Source: Gnetum montanum
Lineage: Eukaryota > Plantae > Gnetophyta
NCBI GenBank assembly: GCA_015680685.1
Contig: MNCI01000651.1
Coordinates: forward strand, 124,001-188,000
DNA length: 64,000 nt
Direction of reading: 5' to 3'
This document shows, piece after piece, positions 27,370 to 39,701 of this stretch (positions within the stretch are counted from its first letter, which is position 1; each line of letters opens with the position of its first letter). The notes under the pieces were generated by a model. The model saw only the letters and a list, made by a program, of their open reading frames with translations. It was not told the origin of the DNA and searched no databases. The position numbers and the translations under genes are program-made.

Positions 27370-28469
27370 TATGAATCATTCAACTTAGAAAGGGGGATGA
27401 ATAAGTTCCTTGAATTAAAACTCTAAGAAACAAAGCACACACATCAAATTTAACATGGTTCTTCTTGGATAGTCTACATGTGGAGGATAGATAGCAAGAA
27501 CACCTTCAAAATTTGTTAGTCTTAAAATATGGTTGAAAGGTCCACACCCTATATAGTCTTCAAGCCACACTCCAAAGTGTTGTACCATAGCACCAATCAC
27601 TCAACCCTACAAGGTCCCTTTAGTCTTGAAAATTTGATTTCAAGGCTTCCATAGCCGTTACAATCTTGGGCTCCACACTAGAGTGTTGTACTATAGTATC
27701 AACAACTCAATCCTATAGGATCCCAACAAGGTCATGCACATTAACCCTATAGGGCAACAAGAGAATAACAATTACATGGAATAATTGCAACTTAGTTTGC
27801 TAATCCTTGTATGTTTAAGTACAACACACATTACAATATCTTACAATGCCAAAATGATAATATAATGATGAGAAAAAAAGAATTCAATGATTGCAACTAA
27901 TTCTACAATGATTACATTAAAATGCTTGCACATTTCCTAATGCATATGAAGTGTTCTTATAGATGCTATGTTTTGAAATCCATCTTAGAAATTGTGCAAT
28001 GACTATCCAATGATCATTAACAATCATGGAAGACATCTTCTTTATGGTTGAGACATCTCTTTAAATTTTCCTTCAATTATGGGAAGACATCTTTGTCTAG
28101 AAAATATGTATTTTTGAAATTTTCATTCTTGGAAGATGTATTTATCTCATGAAAGATGTCTTTCTAGTACTAGCCTTCATTCTATGAAGATGTCTTTCTA
28201 TGATGAAGACATCTTTGCTTGAAGAAAGATGCTTATTGTTTCTTAAAGACGTCTTTGCTTGAGATTACTCCAATTTTGCCAAGATGTTTACTATTTCCTC
28301 TAGACATCTTTCTTTCACTTTCTTTGTCTTTTAAATTCATCATTCCTTATCCAAGACCTTGCACAATTTATGTTCTTATCCTACAAGCACAATAACCACA
28401 CACACATACAAACAACCTTGTCTTTGATTTTTCTTAATGTTTTGACATACTAAAACCGAGAGGTCCATA
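27370..28469 (-). repeat. 3' LTR of Sirevirus
   Basis: Direct repeat of 32851-33955; contains many aagacatctt/aagatgtctt motifs. Confidence 0.9.
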
Positions 28470-28984
28470 ATCTCACCCTTCTTGGTAATGTTAAAAACTT
28501 AAGAAAATGAGTTATTATTCTTCTAAAAATAAAAAAGCATAATAATAACACATTTTAGCTACTTCTCCTCATTTTTGAACATAACCAAAAATGGCAAAGT
28601 ATAGAAAGCAAATAGAGAGAAAAAAATCACCATAAAAAATATAGTAAGAAAAGCATAAAGACATATAAATTCCTATGGAAATTAGGGATTAGGATAAGCA
28701 CGGAGGGTTAATAGGATGTGAGTTGAGTATAATAAAAATTAATAGACCACATAGAGATAACTAGAAAACACACCATCTATCCATAACCATCAGCAAACTA
28801 GTTTACATCAAATTGTCCAGAAGCATCTCAAAGTACAATTATGCATAGATTAATGACATATGTGCAAAGTCCAAAATCACATATTTGAGAGCCAAAAAAT
28901 GTCTCATCATTTTATATCACCAAAAGGAGAGGATAATCAACCTATTGAGATCTCTATAACTAGCCTCAATAGCATTCTCAAACT

Positions 28985-30521
28985 TAGAATCCATTGCTAC
29001 TTGAGATGGATGATAAGTCTCATCCTCATCATCATCACTATTGGTGCTGGGACAACTAGATTTCTAAGTGTCCTCATTTAAGGACTCAACTTGATATAGT
29101 AGAGCCTACCTAGGATGAAGATTCACTCAAAACTGAGAGAGTGCTAGTGGAGCTGGTGGCTACTAAACAAGGATCCATTAGGCTGTGGTCTCAAATATGC
29201 TCTTCATAGCTCATTGCTCAAAAGAGCTAGGAGTATTAGCAAGGGGTGGAACAATGTGAGTAGGTGGAAGTAGATCATGGTGCTCTAACTGCTACATGGA
29301 AGCATGATGCTCCCCCTAAATACTAGCTAGGGATGCCTCTAGCTCAGAATCTAACTCCATCCTAAAGTCATATGTGCATGAGGTGCCTACTACTAAAGAA
29401 TGTTGTGGAGGAATAGGAGCATCCTCCTCATTGTCAGAGATAGGAGGAGTAGTAACCTCCTCAAATACCTACCCATCAAAGAGAGGAGAAATTCCAACTT
29501 CATCTAAATTCTTATGCAAGTAAGAAAGGTTCCTCCCAAGCTTTCCAATGGCATGGACAAAGTACTAAAACAACTTCTTTAGAGAAGAATAAATCTAAGC
29601 ACTCAAGGATTTTGATCTTTGGAATTGTGGAGAGGATTCCTTCTTATGTTTTAGAGGTCTAGTGGGTCCTACTTCTTCTACATAAGAAGAACTCCTCTTC
29701 TCAATGTACTCATTGAGACTCTTCTTACCTTTAAGCAAAAGAAACTTTGGAAAAGGTAGATCCCTCTAGTGGATTAATGGGCTGATGAGGTAGGGGTACT
29801 CATGTATTATCTCCTTGGAATATAGACTCAAAATGGCTTGATAAGAAGTGTGTCCTAGTTCCAATGGGAACCCTATAAGTAGACAATAAAGTGCAAAACC
29901 CTGGGGTGGTAGTAGATAATTGTAACTACCTCCCTTCACCATTATGTTATACAACATTATAAGTGATAACGTGGAGGCATTAGGAGTTATATTACTCTAA
30001 TCAATATGACCCTTATCAAATGATATATCTCTCCCAAATGAAACATCACAAAATTCACCATGAGCTATAGGCATTATACCATTGGTGTTGATATCATGCA
30101 TAGTATAAAAGGTAACCCAAAATACATTAGAAGTAGAAATACCTAGAAGGGCATTTACAATTTGGGGAAAGACTTCAATAATAATTTCACCAACAATGGA
30201 TGTGAATGCCCCAACAACAACATCAAGAATAACAATATTATAATAGAATTCTCTAACAAGCACTTCAGCGATAAGAAAATTCATAAAAATGAAAGTTGGC
30301 TAGTTCAAAATTTTAAAATAATCTAACAAATCTTGTTTTCTAAGAAGTGGAGAATTAAGAGAATTCTTAGAAACAATAGTAGTAGTTCTTGTAGCTTCAA
30401 ACCTATGCTGAGAATCTGTACTTCAAAATTGAGGCATGTATGAAGGCATTGCATTGCTAGAACTTCCTCTTACACATTTTTTGTATGGATTTCTTGATGT
30501 ATAAATCTTCTTGTGGGCCAT
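28985..30521 (-). pseudogene. Sirevirus env-like extra ORF (degenerate)
   Basis: ATG at 30521 (MAHKKIY..RGSSS); LVREFYYNI..FTSIVGE..QIVNALLGI typical of plant retrotransposon env-like ORFs; acidic end. Lies between gag and PPT. Left boundary approximate. Confidence 0.65.
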
Positions 30522-31299
30522 CTCTAATGAAATTACTACAAATTATGCAGCTCCAATCATCTTTGTGTATTCTCTGTGAAGGAATATGACAAAAATGGGG
30601 GTTTTGTCTTTTATATCCATAGGAAAACTAGGGCTTTGAAAGAAAGAAGAGACATATTTTTTTGACAAAAATTTATTTTTCACATGTTAAAAATACAATA
30701 TACATCTTTCATTTACAAACGACACCTTTCCTATAGTTAATTAAAAAATTAGAGAGACGTATTTGTTGTTTCAAAGATGTCTTTGAAGAGACATCTTTCA
30801 CTCTTAAAAGATGTCTTTTGTAAAAAATTAGGATGAGGTTTTTGGAAGGCTCCAATTGGTCTATAGTCTCTATGAAACCTTGAAAACAGAAAGAAAAACT
30901 TACCTCTATCTACTTTTCATGTTATCAGAAGGTGATGAAGTTCAAAGAGCTAGAGAATGGGTTCCCTCTTTTGAGGACTCTTATTTAAACTAAACTTCCC
31001 CAATGTCCAAGATATGACTTCCTCTTACAAAATTATTAGTGAAAGTGTCCTAATGCCTTTGGTCCTATCATTTAATTCTTCATTTCTTCTTGATAGCCTT
31101 GGTGCTTTGAGTTGATTTCCAATCTTCTTTATGATCTTGCATAAAACCCTTTCTTCGTGCACTTTGATAGAACCAAGGAGTCTTGTGATATGCCCATGTA
31201 CTCATCTGATATAAATTTAGATTTCATTCCCATTGTTTATATCAAATCTAATTACAATAATAACATCTAATTCTCCTATTTAAGAAATGACTAGAAGGA

Positions 31300-32830
31300 C
31301 CAAACCTTTGAGGAGTTTTTATTGAATAGTAGCTTCCTTGATGTAGTGTTCTTATTCCTTGAAGGTTTCTTTAGATGGGATGAAGGTTGTGCAAGTTCCT
31401 CTTCTTGGTGGTAGCACCAAGTCCACTTTTATCTTGTGGACTTATTCCTTATTCAAGAACCATTTAAAGAGACTCATTTCCTTTAGCTAGCCTTTCATTC
31501 ACCAAATTAACATTTGCAAGTTCTTCTTTCATCGACTCACATGATTTGGTTAGTTCTTCTTTCTTAGCGTTGAGGTCTGAGACTTATTTGTTAAGATTAG
31601 AAGTAGTCAAGTTTAATGAGGATATTTCCTAATCTTTAGGCCTAAATTGTTTATTGAACTTAGTGCAAAGTTTCTAAAAATTTAAAAGTTCTTTACATAA
31701 TAAATTAGACCTCTCGTTATCATTAACTTCATTGTCTAATGAATCACCATTAGTATGGGCCATGTAGATGAGATGAGAATTTCCAACATCTTCTTCTACT
31801 TCTTCTTCAGTCTACTCCCCATCATCCCAACTTGTATAGAGGTTTGTTTTCTTAACTTCTTCAATGAATTTATTCTTGAATTACATCTTGAAGATACTAG
31901 GAAATTTGGGGCCCATATGGCCTCTTCCATCACACATACAACATTCTATAGAAGAGAAATATAAATTATAATTTAAAATATTCTTACTTCTTTTACTACC
32001 TTTGGACTAATTGAATTTTTGCTAATGTGTTCCTTTGTTCCTTCTAGTGATTAGTCATTGTAGCTTTCTAGTGAAAAAGGCAATCTAATATTCATCTCCC
32101 TCATCATTCTCATTGAGCTCCTTCTTCTTTGAGGTAGTTTTCAAGATGATGGGTCTTTCTTGAATAGCTACTTTGCTTATGAGATTCATTTCATAGGTGA
32201 TAAGATCACTTTGAAGTTCCTCAAATTTTAAAGTTAAGAAATCTCTAATTTTCTCCATGGTTGTGACCTTTGGTGTAAACTCCAGTTAAAAGTTCATAAT
32301 CAATTTGATAATTACATCACTATTGGGTAGATCTTTTCCTGTTCCTCTAATTGCTACAACAATATTGTTAGCTCTAGAAAAATAATCCTTTATTTTCTCA
32401 CCTTCTCTCATTTTGAGTGTATTTTGTTCACTTTGTAAAACTAACCATTTTGATTACTTAACAATAGAGGTTCCTTCATAAGTAGTTTCTAAAATTTGCA
32501 AAATTTCCTTGGTCATTTTATGTCATGCTACCCTATTAAATTAAGATTTATTTAATGCACAATATAAGTAATTTTATTGCTTTTGAATCAAACATGAACT
32601 TATCCTTTTCTTTTTAAGACCATTTTCTTGGGGCTTGATGATGCTAGTAGTGTCATAAATAGGTGGAGCCTAGCCTTCCTAAATTCACTCCTATATTTAA
32701 AACTCCATATATTCAAAGTATCCTTGCAACCTAGATTTCCAATAGGCAAAGTAAAATTTATCAAACATGAGTGGCTTTGTGTAAGAAGTCCCCTCCATCT
32801 TTCACTCTTGAAGTTGATGATGATAGAAGA
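31300..32830 (-). pseudogene. gag: Copia gag (UBN2-type) remnant
   Basis: ILETTYEGTSIVK..LKMREGEKIKDYFSR..PKVTTMEK..ELQSDLITYEM, then a degraded CCHC and a coiled-coil region. Confidence 0.85.
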
Positions 32831-32850
32831 GTACTAGGCTCTGATACACT

Positions 32851-33955
32851 TGTGGATCATTGAACTTAGAAGGGGGGAGATGAATAAGTTCTCTAAATTA
32901 AAAATTATAAAAAAAAAGTGCACACACCAAAATTAATATGGTTCCCCAACTTGGGTAGTCCACACTCTGAGGATAGATCGTAAGCATGCCTCTGGAGATT
33001 GTTGCTCTTAAAATGTGGTTGAAGGATCCACATCCTATATAGTATTCAAGCCTTACTTTGGAGTACTATACTACAACACCAATCACTCAACCCTACAAGG
33101 TTCCTTCAAGCTTGAAAATATGTTTTTAAGGCTTCCAAAACCTTTCCAACTTTGAGCTCTACATTAGAGTGTTGAACTGTAGCACTGACAACTCAATCTT
33201 GTAAGATCCCAACAAGATCAAGCACATAAACCCCATAGGACAACACAAGAATAATGATTACAAGAAATAATTGCAACTCAATTTGCTAATCCTTGTACGT
33301 TTGAGTACAACATACTTTATAGTACCTTCCAATGCTAAAATGATAATACAATGGGGAGCAATAAAGAATTCAATGCTTGTAAATGAATGTACAATGCTTA
33401 CATCAACAAACTTTTATATTTTCCAATGCATTTGAAGTATTCTTATAGCTATTTTATTTCTAAATCCATCTTGGAATTTATCCAAAAGCTAAGCAACAAT
33501 CATTAATAGTCATGGGAGACGTCTTCTTTGTGCCTAAGATGTCTCTTTGAATTTGCCTTTAATTCAAAAAATATTTCTTTGTCTTGGAAAGACATCTTTC
33601 TAACATCTTCATTCTTGGAAGATGTCTTTGTCTCATGGAATATGTATTTCTAGTATTTATGTTCATTCTATGAAGACATCTTTCTGTGATAAAGACATCT
33701 TTTCCTAGAGAAAGATGTCTACTGTTTCTTGAAGATGTATTTTCTTGAGATTACTTCAATTTTATCAAGATGTATGTTTTTCTCTAGAGATGTCTTTCTT
33801 TCACTTTCTTTATCTTTTGAATTCATCATTCCTTGTCCAAAACCTTGCACAGTCTATGTTCTTATCCTATAAGCACAGTAACCACACAGACATACAAACA
33901 ACCTTGTCTTCTATTTTTCTTAATGTTTTGACATACCAAAACCAAGAAGTCCATA
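32851..33955 (-). repeat. 5' LTR of Sirevirus
   Basis: tgtgg...ccata termini; adjacent to the iMet PBS. Confidence 0.9.
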
Positions 33956-35313
33956 GTATCCACATTGATTGGTACTAGAGATATGTTGGCTAGCATTTCC
34001 CTAGCATTAATAAGGTTCCCAACGAGGTTTTACCGAGATACAATCCATCAAATGGCCTAAAAACTCAACTAGAGAGCATACAACTACAAAACTCTATATT
34101 TAGCTACAATTTGATCCTATTTTGATCATGTAATCACTAATATTGGGCCATCCATGTTGAGACCCTCCCATCCATGCTAGCTAGCATGGCTCTTGGGGTA
34201 ACACCTTAAAACCTACTTTTATTATAAATTTTAACCTCCAAAATGATCAATTTTTATAATTGTGACCCTATGCTACCTTGGGATGTTCATAGAACATCAA
34301 TTTTAACACTTTGGATGCTATAAATTTAGTTTTCCTTTATAGCCATACTAGGGACACATTGACCATCATTTCTCTAATGTGGATGGTAGTTCCAAACCTC
34401 ATTTGTAACTTCCAAAGGTTCAAATTGATACTAGATTTGATCATTTCTCTTTACCAACATACTATTCTAACCATACCAATCCTTAGGAGTCCAAAATTGA
34501 TCAAATTTAATCTAGACAACCACATTACCATCCTATCCACATTAGGGGTCATTCCATCGAGGCTAGCCAATGTGGCTCTAGCATGGATCCAACTTAAATG
34601 CCTAGAAAAACCTTGTTTGAACCTAAAATAGCCTTAAAACAACATTCATAGATGCCCAAACCCACCTGTCAATATTGCAACCCCTTACCATATCTTGATG
34701 AGGCCTAGAAGTAGCAAAATCTCATCCTTTTTAACTAGTATTTTCCTTATTTTATCACACAATTTTCATCTTGGCTATTTTGACCTTATTTCATGATTTT
34801 TTTATTTATGTTGGCCTTATTATCATTAGTAGACCTCATTTGATTTTGACTCTTTATTTTGATCATATCTACCTTATTCTCTTTATTATGGTCTTTTTTG
34901 ATCTCTATCCTACCTTTGATTGATGTTAGGTGCTGGGGTTTGACCATTGTTGACCATCATTTGACACCATGTAACTGTGGTTTGCCAAGGCCTTAAATTG
35001 GCAAAATGGCCCACTAAGGTCTAAAAATGGTAAAAATGTAACCGTAGTTAACCATGTTTGACCTTATTTTTCATACTTTTATTATGCTTTAATATGTTTT
35101 TACCTTTTTTACCTTTATTTGATCTTATGTGGCCTTTGTTCCATCTTCTTTATTTTTACCTACCTCTTATAGCCTTGGTTGACCTTGTTTGCATTTTGTT
35201 TGATCTTGAAATAGCATGTGTTTACATAGTTACTAAGATACTTTATATTATTTTGGCATTATTTATTCATTTTTACCTAAGTGTCACTTAATGTGCTTAT
35301 GGTTGATATTCAA

Positions 35314-37876
35314 GAGTAGAGTATGAGTACCTTAGAGCAAATCAGTTTTCCTTTAAGCCTAAATAGATCCCATAGTAATATTGAATAGTGCATTGATCCT
35401 AACTGCCTAGATCTTGAGCCTAAAAGTCTTGTCGACCAACTAGCCTCTATAGAAAACCCTTTAGAGTGTCATGAAAACCTAGTCAAAAGGCTTGACCTCA
35501 AGGCTAGTGACATTACCAAATACTCTCTAGCTAAGGTTCTATCACGATACATAATGATGAGGAGAAAGCCCTAAAACTATGTTCCTCACTTGAACCTTAC
35601 CAGGCTTAAGACATCACCAAGGTCCTATGCGAAAACATTAAGATCTTTGCTTGGTCATATGAAGATAGGCCACGTTTTGATCCATGCCTAGTGTAATTAC
35701 AATATCATACTTGATATTACCATTAGACTAATCAAGGAAAATGTTTTTAAGATTAGACCTGATTTAGCCTTGGTAATTCATGATGAAATCATAAAACTCT
35801 ACCAAGTTGGTTTCATTAGAATTATTGATTATGTAGAATGGGTATCCAACATAGTGGTAGTCCCTAAAAAATGGGAGTATACACATTTGCATCAATTTTT
35901 GAGACCTAAATAAGGCAACTACAGAAGAATATTTCCCTTTACCTAGTATTGATTAACTTCTCAAATACTACAACTAGGCATGCCTTGTTATCCTTCATAG
36001 ATGGGTTCTCGAGATACAACCAAATTAGGATTATCACATAACATCAACTTAATAAGACCTTTATGACCCCTTGGGCTATCGTTTGTTATATTATGATTCC
36101 CTTTAGCTTAAATAATGCAGGAGAAACCTATAAACAAGCTATGATGTATATCTTTAGTGACTATATGCTAGGTTTTTTCAACGATTATGTAGGTGATATA
36201 GTTGTTCTATCCAAAGTCATTGAAAACCATGCACATGACCTTGACCTTGTGCTTAAATGATGCCTCAAGTATGAGCTTAGGGTTAACCCTTAAAGTATGT
36301 CTTTGACATCAAAAATAGTAAGATTCTTGGCTTTGTAGTATCTAAAGTGGAAATACATGTTGATCTTGATAAGGTTAAAGCCATATCCAAATTGGTAGCA
36401 CTAACTAATCTTAAGAAGCTTCAAGGATTACAAGATAGATTACAATTTATCTATAGGTTCATTGCTAGGCTTGTGAACAACTTACAACCTTTGCAACACT
36501 TGATTAAGAAAGGAGTTCACTATGAGTGAATGTCTCAATGCCAAGAAGTCTTTGAAAACCTTAAGCAAGAGTTGGCACAACTATTGATAGCCTATCCACC
36601 ACAAAAGGATAAGCCCTTTTATATCTACCTTGCTATCTCTAACATGTCCATTGCGTCTTTACTCTATCAAAATCAAGATGATGGAGTAGAGTTGCCAATA
36701 TACCACCATAGCCATGCATTAGTTGCCCATGATACTTGATACCTTGAAGTAGAGAAATATTGTCTATCCCTAGTATTCTCATTGAGGAAGTGATGAAACT
36801 ACCTATTTAGGAGCCAAGTTAATGTCATTTGAAAACATAATGTACTTAGAGTCATAATGAACAATATCTATGAGAGTAGCTAAATAGCCCATTGGAAAGC
36901 TATAATAGTAGAGTTTGATATATATTATGTCTCCCAAGCCTCAAAAAAAGACCAAGCTATAGCCACAAAACTTTTTGTTTCACCAGTAGAAGATAACACA
37001 ACCATTAATCTTGAATTCCTTGATGAATACATCAACATTATTAGCAATGTACCCAAGGACTATGACGTGGTCATGCACTTTGACAAAGCTTTAATTGCTC
37101 ATCTATCCAATGCTGCTACCATCAAAACCTTTCCATTTCGTGAAATCCAACACTTCACTTACAATTTTGAATTTTCTTGTACCAACAATGTAGCAGAGTA
37201 TGAATATTAATTAGGGGAATGATGGTAGCTTGTGACCTAGGAATAAATTTCTTAATGATCAAAAGAAATTCACAACTTGTGGTTAACCAAGTGACTAAGG
37301 TGTATGCATGCAAGATCAAACATTTACGACCTTACTATGACCTAGGAAGAAAATGATGCAATAATTTACAGACATTGATATCCAACATGTAGCTAGAAAT
37401 GAAAATACCATAGCTATTGCCATTGTGACACTACCCTTCAGTGTAACACCAATTGTGTTTAGTAATGTTTCCTCCTTAATTGTTAACTGTGATCCTACTA
37501 AGATGTGATATGATGATATCAAGTTTTACCCTATGCATGATGAACCTTCACAAGGCCTAATTCTTACTCAAAAAGATATTGTATGTAAATGATCAAAACA
37601 ATATGTCATAGTAGGTGATAACACATTATGTTGATAGTCCTATGATGGCATATTGTTAGTGTGCTTGGACAAAACTGAAGGCTACACAATCCTAGAGTAG
37701 GTTCACAAGGGTATATGTGGAGGACATATAGGACCTAGAGCCATGGTTGCTAGGGTTAAATGGATCTACTATTACTAGTCCTATAAGAAAAAAAATTGCT
37801 TGTAAAAGATCAAAATTTATGACACCAATAGCATAGGAACCTTATACATGAGCCACCAACTAAGTTACATACCTAT
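35314..37876 (+). pseudogene. pol: pol remnant (RT-RH-aRH-INT N-terminus) of element Z, cut by the W LTR
   Basis: FAWSYED, EWVSNIVV, LSFIDGFSRYNQI, FNDYVGDI, PFYIYLAIS, TNNVAEYE, HKGICGGH; stops at NLIHEPPTKLH. Confidence 0.9.
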
Positions 37877-39455
37877 TGCAATTGAAAACCTTAGTTGTTG
37901 GAAAAAATGAAGGTCCTTAGTGTAGTAGTTCCTTAACCCATGAATCCCTAAGGCCTTCAAGAAAAAGAATGGGATTTGAGGTGCCCTGGTTGGTTCGACA
38001 AATTAACCAGGGACTTATAGAATGCAACACGTGATGAATAAAATGCAAAAATAATAGCATATTTGAATAATGCAAAGATAATAAACAAATGTATCTTGTA
38101 GACAAAACCCAAGATGTAAAACTTTATTGAGGAAAAATAAATACTAATTTAGAGAAAATATGTACAAATGGTGCATGAATGAGTAGCCAAGGGGAGGTTC
38201 ATTGGTGCAAGAATTTAAAGCTCATTGAAGCTAATGCAATCCACTCCATGATATGGGTGCTAAGCCACTCTTAATATTTTTGAACCTTTCTCAAATGCAA
38301 CCTTAGATCTACAATGTTGGCTATGATGGAGATTGAGAAGTGTGAAAAACCTAATCTACACAAATGCGATATGCTAGAAGCTGGAAATCCTAGTAGTGTA
38401 GTGTGGAGATTGAAAATTCACAAAATCTCAAAGGTGGTTATAAGGCCACAAGGTCACAGGGTGTCAACACTAGGTTCAACAGAATAGAAGTATGGAAACT
38501 TGCAAAAAAATCCCAAGTGCTTGAGAATGCCCAAGTGTAGAATTGTGAACAATTTTGTATGCAAAAGTTTGTGTATGCCAATAGTTTTTTAACTATATAA
38601 AATTGCTCAGCTATGAAAAATTCTGTAACCTTCTAAAAATTGTGGAACCTATTAATGGTGTTTTAGGTTGGATTTTATAGGTTTTTTAGGCCACAAATGG
38701 GGCTGCAAAATGGCTATGATTTGGCTATAAAATGGCAGAAAATTGGTTACTAAATTTAGGTGATATGGGTGTCCAAATTTGAGGGGTTACTATACATAGT
38801 AAGTACTTCTCCCCATGGCCATTCTGTTTCCTATAAATAGTAACTGAGCAAACCTTCCATGCTAAGCTCTCCACAATGCTTGCTGAAGTGGTTGGTCAAC
38901 ATTGAAGTGCATGAAGTGTTAAAATCTAGCTATTGTGGTTGCCATGCTACAAGATATAATTTTCAACATTCAAGGTGGAGACTCCACACTATGGGAAAAC
39001 TTCCACACTGAGGGGGAAGGTTTCTAGGCTATGCATGTAGTCTCCATGCTAGAGGTGGGGGGGGGTGTTGTGGGTGGGAAGGGAAGTTTTCAAAACTCCT
39101 ATCCTTACATGATGAGGGTAGGTGAGATTTACCCTCCTCATGTGTTTCTAGCATAGAAAATTGTATAACCCAATATAACCCATCAAATTACCATTTTTAG
39201 CATTCCAAAAGGAATTTTTGACATCCCTAAGCTTTCCCAAGCCCAAATATATACACTATATGACTTTTTTAACTTCAGGAATGAGGCTTGGACCACTTAT
39301 GAGGCATTTTTCAGCCTAAAAAATATAAAGTATGTGTAATTTCCCACTGTGGGTTATAATTTTCACATTTACAATGAGGTTTTTCCTTAGGTTTCATGGG
39401 GTGAAAGCTACGTGTTGTAGATTGGCTATAACATGCAAGTTTTTGTGGTGTTTCA
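37877..39455 (-). repeat. 3' LTR of element W
   Basis: Minus strand starts tgaaacacc and ends ttcaattgca. PPT aaagaggggc at 39459-39468. Confidence 0.85.
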
Positions 39456-39701
39456 ATGGCCCCTCTTTATTGGTGCTTGGAGGATTAACTCGAGAGGCAT
39501 CAATCAAGAATACAAAACACCACTACATATTATAACACTATAATGCATATAGGTCACATGAGAATTAAGCTATCTAGATCACCAAGATTGTTCATTTAAG
39601 GCTTTGGTGGGCCATGGTACTAGTTTAAGGCCCTGGTAGGCCATGTTGCCAGTTTAAGGTCATAGTAGACCATTGATAGTAGGCTCGCTTGTTGATGATT
39701 G

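Larger units (their letters stand above)
27370..33955 (-). mobile_element. Non-autonomous Sirevirus (Ty1/copia SIRE) with gag and env-like ORF, no pol
   Basis: LTRs 27370-28469 and 32851-33955 (~1.1 kb, SIRE-type gggggatgaataag end motif). TSD GTATT/GTATC (27365-27369, 33956-33960). tRNA-iMet PBS remnant gctctgataca at 32838-32848. PPT at 28471-28484 plus further PPT-like copies. Confidence 0.9.
26094..35313 (+). other. PR/RT intron region of element Z (hairpin repeats), interrupted by the Sirevirus insertion
   Basis: 26094-27369 and 33956-35313 contain ccatgctag..agcatgg motifs and resemble the reverse complement of W 43078-46900. Ends at a decayed acceptor (caa|GA, 35313) aligned with W's cag|GA. 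Confidence 0.6.
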
